A stretch of DNA of 64,000 bases from NCBI GenBank assembly GCA_976551045.1, contig CDPCPM010000114.1, positions 3,224,001 to 3,288,000 of the forward strand, written 5' to 3'. Positions 53,482 to 64,000 of the stretch are shown here, in pieces. The position numbers were made by a program, and so were the translations under genes. This DNA is from Glaucostegus cemiculus. Its lineage: Eukaryota. Each line of letters starts with the position of its first letter. Position 1 is the first letter of the stretch. The notes beneath the pieces are model-generated. The model searched no databases. It was not told the DNA's origin and saw nothing but the letters and a program-made list of their open reading frames with translations.

Positions 53482-54419
53482 ATACCTCTTTGTTCTCTTG
53501 TGGAACAGCGTCTTTTGAGTAGCTCAAAACATTCTGAAATCTGAAGCCACAGGAAAAACAACAAATTCCACTGTTCTGCTGTTAAGATGTTTGCTTAGTC
53601 TGTTGGGGGTTCATTGAATCTGTGGCAAGGACTGAATGAGCTATGTGTATTGTTCCTTTGAATGTTGAGAAAGGACTCGATTCTACTGCCTTTTTAAGTA
53701 TCATAAATCAATTTCAGCCTGATTCTCTTGCACTGCAGTGTTTCTTCAGCTCATACTGCTACCTCTTTTCCTTACCTATCGAGGACTGACATTGGGGTGA
53801 GCGCCCCATGTTTGGATAATGATAGTGGCAGCTTTTAACTAGAGATTCAGTAAATCGGAACTGCCTGGCCTTCCTTGAACACCATCATTTAGCTGGCCAC
53901 AGAAAGCAGCCATACCTCCTGCCGTGAGGTTGTCAAGCAACCCTGAGAGACCTGTCATTGCCAAAATGACACCTCATGTAATGAGTGTGCCAGCTGGATC
54001 ACTCCTCTGACTCTCAGATGGAGTGGCTCAACAGCTAGACACTGGAGAAACACTTCCTATTAGTTTAAATACACTCCAAGGACTTTGGAAGGTACTTGAA
54101 TAACCCGTGGCAAGTTCTCAAGCTACCTAGACGGGTCTCCCCACACCAGCAAAGTGTTCCTCTAGATTGTGCAAAAGGCAACAAACCAAAGGAATGTGCC
54201 CCAAGTACAACAGACTCTTCCACAACACTGGTAGTTGTGGGATTTCAGATCCAATTTTTATCGGTATGAATGATGTCAGAGATTAGGCACGAAAAATCAA
54301 ATCACACACAAAATGCCCAATCCAATTTAATAACTACCACAACTTCACCCAGGGAAAATCAAATTTCAGGTGAGTAATACCCTTTTTATTTACATGCCAA
54401 GTCCTAGGCTAATATATTT

Positions 54420-55095
54420 TTTTAAATGTGGTTAAATTGAACTTGGGTGTGGATATGTCCATAAATCTTTGCAAGTGCCGGAATGTGTTGAGAAAGCAGT
54501 TAGTAAATCATGAGATTCATAAATATAGGCTGAATACAAAAGCAGGGAAGTTAGGTTGAATATTTATGACAGATTGGATAGACCACACCAAGAGTATTGT
54601 GTTTAATTTTGGTCATTTAACTCTTTTTTTAAAAAAAGGAAGTTCAAGTGAGGAACAGAAAAGGTTTATCAGAATGGTTCCAAGGAAGAGGATTTCAGCC
54701 AAAGAGTTAGGCTGCAAAAGGTGGGCTGTTTTCCCTGGAACAAAAAATTGAGGAAAGGTTTAATAGAATAATTAGGTAGGGAACCTGCTTCTGTCAGTGG
54801 ATGGTTCAAAGACTATGGGACAAAGATTTTACATTTTAGACAAAAAGCTGCAAGAGGGGTTTGAGATTTTAAAAAAACTTTTCCAAATAGCAGTGCAGTA
54901 GTTATGAGATGGATCTTGTGGCCTGTAATGACTTGTGTAAGCAAAATCACTTGGGGCTTTCCTGTGCCTATCCAATTCTCTTCCAAGCGATGGATTACAA
55001 GGCTACAGCAAAAGGGTGAAGAATGGGTCTAATTAGATTGCTGCACTCGAAAATGGCAGAGGCATGATGGGCCACATGATCTCTTTCTGTGCCAA
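54420..55095 (+). mobile_element. Highly decayed CR1 3' region
   Basis: agaccacaccaagagtattgtgtttaattttggtc (RPHxEYCVxFW) and cagaaaaggtttatcagaatggttccaagg (QKRFIRMVP). Confidence 0.7.
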
Positions 55096-55764
55096 GACAT
55101 TTATTTATAAAATGTCAAAAGAAAATACACTTTCGCACAGTGAATGTAGATGCTGTAAACTAGATGACCTTCTGACTTAGAATCAAGGAAGGGAACCCAA
55201 GCTGCAGGATATAAATTTCATGGTAGTCTACTTCTTAATTCTAAAACCCAAACTGAAAAATTTAGTTTACATCCTGTGTAGCTCTACAAAGGTTGCTGGC
55301 TTTAGTCTAGCCAAAGCTACAAAAACGTCTTGAAGAATATTCAAATCATTGCAATATATTCATTAAATTTCCTGTGTTTTGGGGGGGTTGATTGCTGTGC
55401 ATCATTTGTTGGACTCACTGCAATTTGCTTCTAATTTGATTGAGAGTGGAACAGCAACCTAAAGCACAGCCTGATTTTTTTTTTTATTATCTTACTGGCA
55501 TTGAATTCATTCTGCCTGTGCTGCTTTTGCTATTTAAACAGCAGCAGAAACATTATGATCTCGATAGTGCCCAATCAAAGTTGAATTGGAGTCACCTAGA
55601 CAGAAACAATGATTGTCAGCTAGAGTTCTGCCTTAAAGGCAGTGAACTTCACATTTTAACTCCATACAGGTACCACTCAACATTTGCTGCATTTTCTGTT
55701 TTTCATTTATAATGTTATGCACTAAACCCTTTTATTGATAGGTAATTCAAACATTTGACTTTAT

Positions 55765-56097
55765 TCTGAGAGGCAAGTTTTTCACACACAGGGTAAGAGT
55801 TATCTGGATTGAACAGCCAGAGGAGATGGTAGAATAAGATACAAGTACAAAGTTTGAAAGGCATTAATACAGATACTTGGATAGGAAAGGAACAGAGGGA
55901 TACAGGCCAAATGCAGGCAAATGGAATTAGTGCAGATATGCATCATGGTTGGCCAAAAGGGGATTTTAAGAGGGGCTTGGATGGGCATATGAATGAGAGG
56001 AAAATGTGGGCATTCTGTAGGTAGGAGGGAATAGCTATGTTGGCACAACATTGTGGGCCAATGGCCTGTTCTGTGCTGTTCTATGCTCTATTTCTAT
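55765..56097 (+). mobile_element. CR1 3' tails (two fused pieces)
   Basis: ttttcacacacaggg...ccagaggagatggtaga and the terminal ggcctgttctgtgctgttctatgctctatttctatat. Confidence 0.75.
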
Positions 56098-57456
56098 ATG
56101 GCACAACTTTATTATAAAAGTTTTTACCACTATTCATACAAGTACAGGTTTCATGGAAAAAAATAAAATTTCTGTGTTGTACAATTTTACCTAGCTTTCT
56201 CAAATGATTAATACACTTGACCTGACGATTAAAAAATAATTGCACAAATTTGCATTCTCCCTGGAGGTAAAGACAGAGTAGTTTCAAAAGGTGGACAATC
56301 CACAACGCTGAGTTTATTTGCAAAAGACAAGTTGAAAATCTGCCTCTTTCATTCCACATATTTACACATTAGACTTGACTGTATTATCTCTAAAACAGAC
56401 ATTATCTATGAACTAAGAACCTTGGTTTTCTTGTGTACTGACACTGCTGTAAAATAGGTCAGCTACTTGTATTGTTAATAGCAGAACCAGATAAATACTG
56501 ACCTCAGATGTGCTCACAATAAGATTGCTTTGCCAGTGTTGAGAGGCTAATCTGAAATTCTGTTATCTAATATCTTAACAAAGATGTTTCTCATTATCTA
56601 TATTTTATCATCTAAAGAAGCAATATGATTTCCTCCACGTGTTTTACTTTGTAAATGAAGTATAGAGTGAAGTGGCACTGAGTGTGTTATGAGTACTAAA
56701 TGTTATTACATTAGATTACAAAAGAAGTAAATGTCATCACTATATTTTCACAGAAAGGAAGAACCAAGAAGATGCCTCCATGTCCCTAGTGATGCTACTT
56801 ATCAAAAGTGTCAAATAACAAGGACATACATTAACAGAACATTCTGTAGACTGAACTTGCTGTCTGATGAAATGCTCTGATCTGTCTATCTCAGCAATAA
56901 TATTTGTAATCTTCCTTAGCTGCAAGTTTATCTCCTAGCTAAACCTCATTTAAGGAACTTGCTGTGAACCACTGACACTTTGAAAACATTTTTTGTTTAT
57001 TTTTGTTTCAAATTGAGACCTGAATTTTCAGAAATCATCTGTTTCAACCATAATAACTATGTTTGACCAGGTCAAACTATTTCATGAAATAAAGCCATGT
57101 TCATTGAATATGTGCTCCAATCCATCACAATATAACTGGTCACCACTTCTGCTGAAATCACAGTAAAGGTTTGTGCTTAACAGTTGGTTTATTTCCAAGT
57201 TCCTGGTTGGCTACTTATGATTCTTGGTCTGCACCTTGCTTTCTAGCACTCTAGGTAAACATTAGATATCTGGGCAAGGGATACAAGCCTTGCATTTGTT
57301 ATTAACTAACTTAAGTGTCTATTTTAACTCCAAAAGGGGATTGGGGAAGTAGGGGCTAGAGGAATGTCAAGCCACCTTACCAATGGAACATAAAACCTGG
57401 AAATCTTAAAGGCCAAGCTTCTCAATGATAACATTAAACAATTTACGTTAATAAAG

Positions 57457-57591
57457 TGTGGAGTGAGTAAAGGACATTTAACTTTTTAACTGAAATATTT
57501 TCACTGTTATAACAGGTCATTTTGTGGAGTGAGTAAAGGACATTTAACTTTTTAACTGAAATATTTTCACTGTTATAACAGGTCATTTTGT
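57457..57591. repeat. Perfect tandem duplication, 2 x 66 bp
   Basis: 57457-57522 equals 57523-57588, followed by TGT, the first three bases of the unit. Confidence 0.95.
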
Positions 57592-57859
57592 CTTGTTCTC
57601 CTCTTTGAATTAAATTTTGCTGGTAGTTTTGTTCTTAAATGGATGTTAAAAAAAATTGTGTTCCACTTCACAAAATTCATGGTTGAACTTACTGTCTGCA
57701 TTTTTAAAAAATGCACCAAATCATTGCAGAAAAATGTCCTTCAGGAGACCAAACCTGCCTTCCTTACTCTGCCTGACTTCAGTGTGAATCTAGTTGATTT
57801 GAATGCACTTTCTGAAGTGCCCAGCAAGCCAGCTATTTCTTAACCATAATGTTAAATTA

Positions 57860-59345
57860 GAACGAGGATAAAACTAGATGGAACACCTGACATTGACCTA
57901 GGCACTAAATTCAGACACCACAAAGTCACTTTCAACCCAGTCAACCTTGCAAAGTTCCTCCTCACAAAAGCCTGGGGTTTGATATCTAACTTGGAAATCT
58001 GTCCCACAAACTATTTGCACGTAATGTCATAGCTTATTTGCTACCCTAGATTCACAGAATCATTACTCTTCACAATCTGTAAACCTCCTTCATCACAATC
58101 CACGACTAGGCCACATCCCACCAATAGGTTAGGCACTTACTTTTCAATAACTTGCTTACTGAAGCGCAATTTAGTTTTTTGCAAAGACCACACAGCTCCA
58201 GATCATATCACAACCTTGGACCATACATAGACCAAAGAGCTGCATTCCTGAGGTGAGAGTAAAAGCCCTCAACTTCAATGCAATACTTGACTGAATGTGC
58301 AGCAAGGCGTCATAAAACTGAAGTCAATGGCAATCAAAAGTAAGATACTCCAAAAGGTTGGAATCATAACTTTCACAAAAGTAGCTATTAATAATGATAA
58401 GCAAGAGACTTGTAATCATTGGAGAATGTCCCAAGGAACACCAGCAGATATATCCTGTGACTGGGACATCAGTGTCCTAGGTACAATCATTTTTAGCAAT
58501 TCCATCAATGACTTTCTTCCATAATAAAGTCAGAAGCGAGGATGTTTGATGAGCCTTGTACAATGTTCAATTGCGTTTGCAACACGCTCCAGCAAATGAA
58601 GAAGTCTATGCCAGCATAGAGCAAGACCCACACAACATTGAGGCATGTACTGATACGTTACAAGACCTTCATACCATAAAAGAGCTCGGAAATGAAAACT
58701 TTCTTCAAGAGAAAGTCTAACCATCCACCCTTGATATTCAACACCATCATCATCACCGAGTCCTCCACCAGTATCACTAGTTACAAACTCAACTGGACCA
58801 GCCACATAAATACTGTGGCTACTAGAACGCAGCAGATGTTGGATCTCCTGCAGCAAGTGCCTCACCTTCTGATACCCCAAAGTCTTTATAAGTCACAAGT
58901 CTGATGGAATACCATTCACTTTCCTGGAGCTGTACTATTCCAATACTCAATCAGATTGACATTATTCAGGATAAAGCAGACCACTTAATTTGCACCCCTT
59001 CTACTTCACAAAGCATTCATTCTCTCCTACCACCTGTGTGCAATGTGTACCATTACAAAGTGCACTGAAGTTAGTTGCTTCAGTTATTCTGACAGCACTT
59101 CCCAAATCTGTGCCCTCCGCAAACAAGTGCTTCAAGCACACCACCGACCGATTCCTTTCCAAATCATGCACCATTCCTGACTTGGAAATACGTCACCAGT
59201 CTTCAATGCATTTAACTTCTGGAATTTCCTCAAAATGGCTAATTGGGAGTGCCTTCACTAGTAGGACTTTGAACGTCAAGGAAGTGTCTCACCACCATCT
59301 GGAAAAGGTATGAGTAATAAATGCTGACCTTGTCCACATCCTGAA
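57860..59345 (+). mobile_element. Old CR1/Jockey-group LINE relic of a distinct family
   Basis: gccctcaacttcaatgcaatacttgactgaatgtg resembles ALDxxAxFDRVW, plus gtcctaggtacaatcatttttagc...atcaatgac and aaactcaactggaccagccacataaatactgtggct (KLNWTSHINTVA). Confidence 0.7.
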
Positions 59346-59754
59346 TAATGAATAAAAAAAAATCATATTGAGGTATTCACCACATCACCTGCACAAATCC
59401 AGTGCCGATACCTTGGTTCTTTCATACAAAGGTAACAAATGTTTGTCATTTCTCTCAAATTACATAAAATTTCTACACCATTTCTAAAATTCACATCAAT
59501 GATCCTAGAAATCTTGAGAATTTTTTCAGCAGATGTAAATACAGCAAAATGAGGGTCACAATGTCAAAATGCCCAGACCTCCTCCCAACTTGTGGGAGAA
59601 GGTAATATACAAAGACAAGTTTGGTACATGTCACCCCACAAAAGTGCTACTTACAAACCTCAAATATGTGACAAAAGTATCTTTTTGAGTTGACTGCTCC
59701 TTTAATTCCCTACAATTGCAATTCCTTCCAGGAATTTTGAGGTGATAGAAACAT

Positions 59755-61975
59755 ATAAATATAGAAAACCTACAGCACAATTCAGGCCCTTTGGCCCACA
59801 AAGCTGTGCCAAACATGTCCCTACCTTAGAAATTACAAGGCTTGTCCATAGCCCTCCATCTTATTTTGCTCCATGTACCTATCCAACAGTCTCTTGAAAG
59901 ACCCTATCATATCTGCCTCCACAACCCTTTCTGGCAGCCCATTCCACGCACTCACCACTCTCTGAGTAAAAAGTTTACCCCTGACATCTCCTCTATATCT
60001 ACTCCCCAGCATCTTAAACCTGTGTCTTCTTGTGGCAACAATTTCAGCCCTGGGGAAAAGCCTCTGGCTATCTACCTGATCAATGCCTCGCATCATCTTA
60101 TATACCCCCATCAGGTCCCCCCTCATCCTCCATCGCTCTAAGGAGAAAAGGTCGAGTTCCCTCAACCTGTTTTCATAAGGCATGCTTCCCAATCCAGGCA
60201 GCATCCTTGTAAATCTCCTCTGCACCCTTTCCATGGCTTCCACATCCTTCCTGTAGTGAGGTGACCAGAACGGAGCACATTATTCCAAGTGGGGTCTGAC
60301 CAGGGACTGATATAGCTGTAGCATGACCTCTCGGCAAACCTTAGGAAAATTCAATTCCACGGTTGACAAAGGACAATACACCATATGCCTTCTTAACCAC
60401 AGAGTCAATCAGTGCAACTGCTTTGAGCGTCCTATGGACTCGGACCCCAAGATCCCTCTGATCCTCTACACTGCCAAGAGTCCTACCATTAGTACTATAC
60501 TCTGCCATCATATTTGACCCACCAAAATGAACCACTTCACACTTATCTGGGTTGAACTCTACCTGCCACTTCTCAGACCAGTTTTGCATCCTATCTATGT
60601 CCCGCTGTAACCTCTGACAGCCATCCACACTATCCAAAACACCTCCAACCTTTGTGTCATCTGCAGACTTACTAGACAGACTTATCATGGGGTGGCACGA
60701 TAGCGTAGCGATTAGCGCGATGCTGTTACAGCGCCAGCGATCGGAGTTCGATTCCTGTCGCTGTCTGTAAGGAGTTTGTACATTCTCCCGTGTCTGCGTG
60801 GGTTTCCTCCGGTGCTCCGGTTTCCTCCCACATTCTGAAAGACGTACGGGTAGGTTAATTTGGGGGTTGAAAATGGGCGGCGTGGACTCGGAGGGCCGAA
60901 AGGGCCTGTTACTAAGCTGTAAATAAAATATAAAAATATAAAACTCATCTCTCCACTTCCTCATCCAGGTCATTTACAACAATCACAGAGTAAGGATCCC
61001 AGTACAGATCCCTGAGGTACACCACTGGTCACTGACCTCCATGCAGAATAAGACCCTTCAACAACCATTCTTTTCCTTCTGTGGGCAAGCCAGTTCTGGA
61101 TCCATAATGCAACGTCCCCTTGGATCCCATATCTCCTTACTTTCTCAATAAGCCTTGCATGGAGTACCTTATCAAATGCCTTGCTGAAATCCATATACAC
61201 ATCTCCCTTCATTGATGTGTTTAGTCACATCCTCAAAAAATTCAATCAGGCTCATAAGGCAGGACCTGCCGTTGACAAAGCTATGCTGACCATTCCTAAT
61301 CATATTATACCTCTCCAAATGTTCATAAGTCCTGCCTTTCACGATCTTCTCCATCAGCTTTCCAACCACTGAAGTAAGACTCACTGGTCGATAATTTCCC
61401 GGGCTATCTATACTCCCCTTCTTGAATAAAGGAACAATATTCACAACCCTCCAATGCTCTGGAACCTCTTCCCATCTCCGTTGATGCTCCAAAGATCATC
61501 ACCGGAGGCTCCGCAGTCTCCTCCCTCGCTTCCCACAGCAGCATGGGGTACAGCTCATCTGGTCCTGGCGACTTATCCAACTTCATGCTTTCTAAAAGCT
61601 CCAGCACCTCCTTTTTCTTAATATCTACATGCTCAAGCTTTTCAGTCTGCTGCAAGTCATCACTACAATCACTAAGATCCTTTTCCATAGTGAATATTGA
61701 AGTAAAGTATTCATTAAGTACCTCTGCTATTTCCTCTGGATCCATACACACTGTCCCACAGTTACACTTGTTAGGTCCTATTCTTTCGCATTTTATCCTC
61801 TTACTCTTCACATACTTGTAGAATGTCTTGGGGTTTTCCTTAATCCTGTTCGCCAAGGCTATCTCATGGCCCCTTCTGGCTCTCCTAATTTCCTTCTTAA
61901 GCTCTTTCTTGTTAGCTTTATACTCTTCCAGATCTCAAACATTACTTAGCTCTCTGAACCTTTTGTAAGCTTTTG
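59755..61975 (-). mobile_element. CR1 LINE of about 2 kb (RT domain to tail), frameshifted and interrupted by a SINE
   Basis: Successive ORFs give [63 protein letters not shown] (catalytic FADD position) and ERVQRRFTRMLPG. Confidence 0.96.
60689..60942 (+). mobile_element. Young full-length tRNA-derived SINE inserted in the CR1
   Basis: GGGGTGGCACGATAGCGTAGCG (A-box), GGAGTTCGATTCC (B-box), core and A-rich tail. Many CpGs are retained. Confidence 0.95.
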
Positions 61976-62331
61976 TAAGGTGATAGTAAGATCCATGAGA
62001 TAACTGTTGTCTTATGGTCCAAAGGCCTTCAGTGGGCACCATGAATGAAATTTCCTGTGTTCAGAAATTCCCTCAGCAGTCTGTCAATATTGCAGAGATC
62101 ACCCAGGAGAAATTAAGACACAAAATCTGAGCTCAAATTTAGTTTCTTCTCAAATGCTTTCCTGGGATGGAAATCTTTCCCATGACTTTGTCCTGCAGCC
62201 TCTGATAGGGCAACAAAGAAAGGCCAAATTGGGTCCCCAAAGTGAAAGTGGGATCTTGTCCTACCATGAACTCCATAGCGAGAGGGTGCTTGAATTCCTG
62301 GAAACTTTGGCTTGGCGAGGAATTGATTTGT

Positions 62332-63450
62332 GTTTGTTCCATGGTAGACTGTTCAGGAAAGTTAGATCACATGGGATCCAGGGAGAGTTAGCTAATGAGA
62401 TGCACAATTGGCTTGATGGTAGAAAGCAGTAGGTGATGGTGGAAGGTTGATTTTCCGACTGGAGGCCCATGACTAGTGGTGTGCCCCAGGGGTCGGTGCT
62501 AGGCCCATTGCTAGTTGTCATCTCCATCAGTGATTTGGATGAGAATCTACAAGGCATGATTAGTAAGTTTGCAGATGACACTAAAATAGGTGGTATAGTG
62601 GACAATGAAGAAGGTTATCAAAAATTATAGGGGGATCTTGATCAACTGAGTAGCTGGACCAAGGAATAGCAGATGGAGTTTTAATTTGGATAAGTGTTGT
62701 GCTTTGGGAAGACAAATGAGAGTAGGACTTTCACGGTGAATGGTAGGGGCCTGGGGAGTGTTGTAGAACAGAGAGGCCAAGGAATACAAGTACATGGTTC
62801 CCTCAAAGTGGTGTTGCAGGTAGACAGGAGGGTAAGAAAGTTTTTGGCATGCTGGTCTTCATCATTCTAGGCATTGAGTATAGAAGTTGGGATGTTACCT
62901 TGCAGTTGTACAAGATGTTGGTGAGACCACATATGGGAAATTGTGTTCTGTTTTGGCAACCCTACTTTAGGAAAGATGCCATTAAGCTGGAAAGAGTGTA
63001 GAGAAGATTTACGAGATGTTGCCAGGATTTGAAGGACTGAGTTATAGAGAGAGGTTAAACAGGTTAGGACCTTTTTCGATGGAGCATAGGAGAATGAAGG
63101 GTGATCTTATAGAGGTGTATAACATCTTGAAGGGCACAGATGGGGTCAATACATAGCTTTTTCCCCAGGGATGGGGAATCAAGAACTGGATGGCATAGGT
63201 TGAAGGCGAGAGGGGAGAGATTTAAAGGAACCTGAGGAGGAACGTTTTCACCCAGAGGGTGGTGAATAAATGGAATGACCTGCCAGAGAAAGTGGTTGAG
63301 GCAGGTATATTAACAACATTTAAAAAGTACTTGTTCAGGAAGTGTTTAGAGGGATATGGGCCAAATGTGGGCAAATAGGATTAGTTTAGATAGGAATCTT
63401 GGTCAGCATGGACCACAAGGGCCGAGTGACCTGTCTCTGTGCTGTATGAC
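62332..63450 (+). mobile_element. CR1 LINE (RT to tail), decayed
   Basis: agtggtgtgccccaggggtcggtgctaggccca ([11 protein letters not shown]), agtaagtttgcagatgacactaaa (SKFADDTK) and the tail ctgtgctgtatgactgact. Confidence 0.94.
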
Positions 63451-63589
63451 TGACTCCATGACAATGAACCCCATGGGTGCTGCAGCAGGTAAAGGCAGTT
63501 GCAAGTTAGCACAAGGGCCAGTGATGGTGGTAGATTGAGCATGACACATCCCAATGCTTGTTCAAATTGGATGAAGAATGATAATACTC

Positions 63590-63725
63590 AAGAACACAGA
63601 ACATAGGAGCTGGAGTAGTCCAGCAGCAGGCCAGCAGGCCCTTCAAGCCATTTAGTATGATCATGACTGATCTAGGCTGGCCTCAACTCCTCTACTGTGT
63701 GATATATCCATACCCATCTACTCCT
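63590..63725 (-). mobile_element. CR1 tail fragment
   Basis: agaacacagaacataggagctggagtag...ggcccttcaagcc...gatcatgactgatct. Confidence 0.65.
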
Positions 63726-64000
63726 TGATATAATTCATGCTGCTCAATTGGTAGTGGGTGAAAATGTCAGATGTCCAATTGTTAATAGGTAAAGAGGTCA
63801 GGAAAGAAATTCTTAGAACATTATTAATCATCGAATTTATGAAAGACAAGTAAATGATTTTATTTCCTAATGGACCACAGGACATGACCATTAAGCCCCT
63901 CCTAAGTTGGTGATCCTTTTGCTGGAAGAGTCTAGAAATAAACTTATGCTCTGCACAGTTTCCCCACTTCAAACATTCATCTAACTTTCCAGTGAAGACT

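Noticed and set aside
57457-57591. Direct repeat as a possible CRISPR-like array
   Set aside because: There are only two adjacent copies with no spacer, in a vertebrate context.
60689-60770. tRNA-like A/B boxes (also at about 10130-10203)
   Set aside because: These are SINE heads continuing into core and tail, not tRNA genes.
60341-60973. Longest ORF in the track (210 aa)
   Set aside because: It is a chance read-through of an antisense SINE fused to CR1 RT sequence, not a host gene.

Overview
This is eukaryotic, AT-rich (roughly 40% GC by eye), repeat-dense vertebrate DNA. The repeat mix is CR1-type LINEs, Rex1/Babar, L2, RTE, a Tx1-like 3' end, tRNA-derived core SINEs, Deu-type SINE relics and Penelope-type hairpins. 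That mix is what I associate with a cartilaginous fish, probably a ray or sawfish (inference). Most ORFs in the supplied track are TE debris or noise. The main finding, which the ORF track does not show, is a spliced + strand gene of about 30 kb that I assembled from splice signals: a signal-peptide exon (23329-23377), one CD2/SLAM/CEACAM-like V-type Ig exon lacking the F-strand Cys (29218-29550), a stalk exon (48668-48748), a TM exon with GxxxG (49991-50074) and a cytoplasmic exon with EYPIYSNW (52907-52986). All four junctions are GT-AG and phase 1, giving an uninterrupted type I membrane receptor of about 208 aa that I cannot assign to a named gene. Secondary observations are two solo-LTR-like elements (one antisense inside the gene), a minimal hammerhead-ribozyme core in intron 1, an unexplained diverged inverted pair at about 2.1 and 3.5 kb, a SINE micro-inversion and a perfect 66-bp tandem duplication. 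Repeat boundaries are approximate and family names come from recognition, not a database search.
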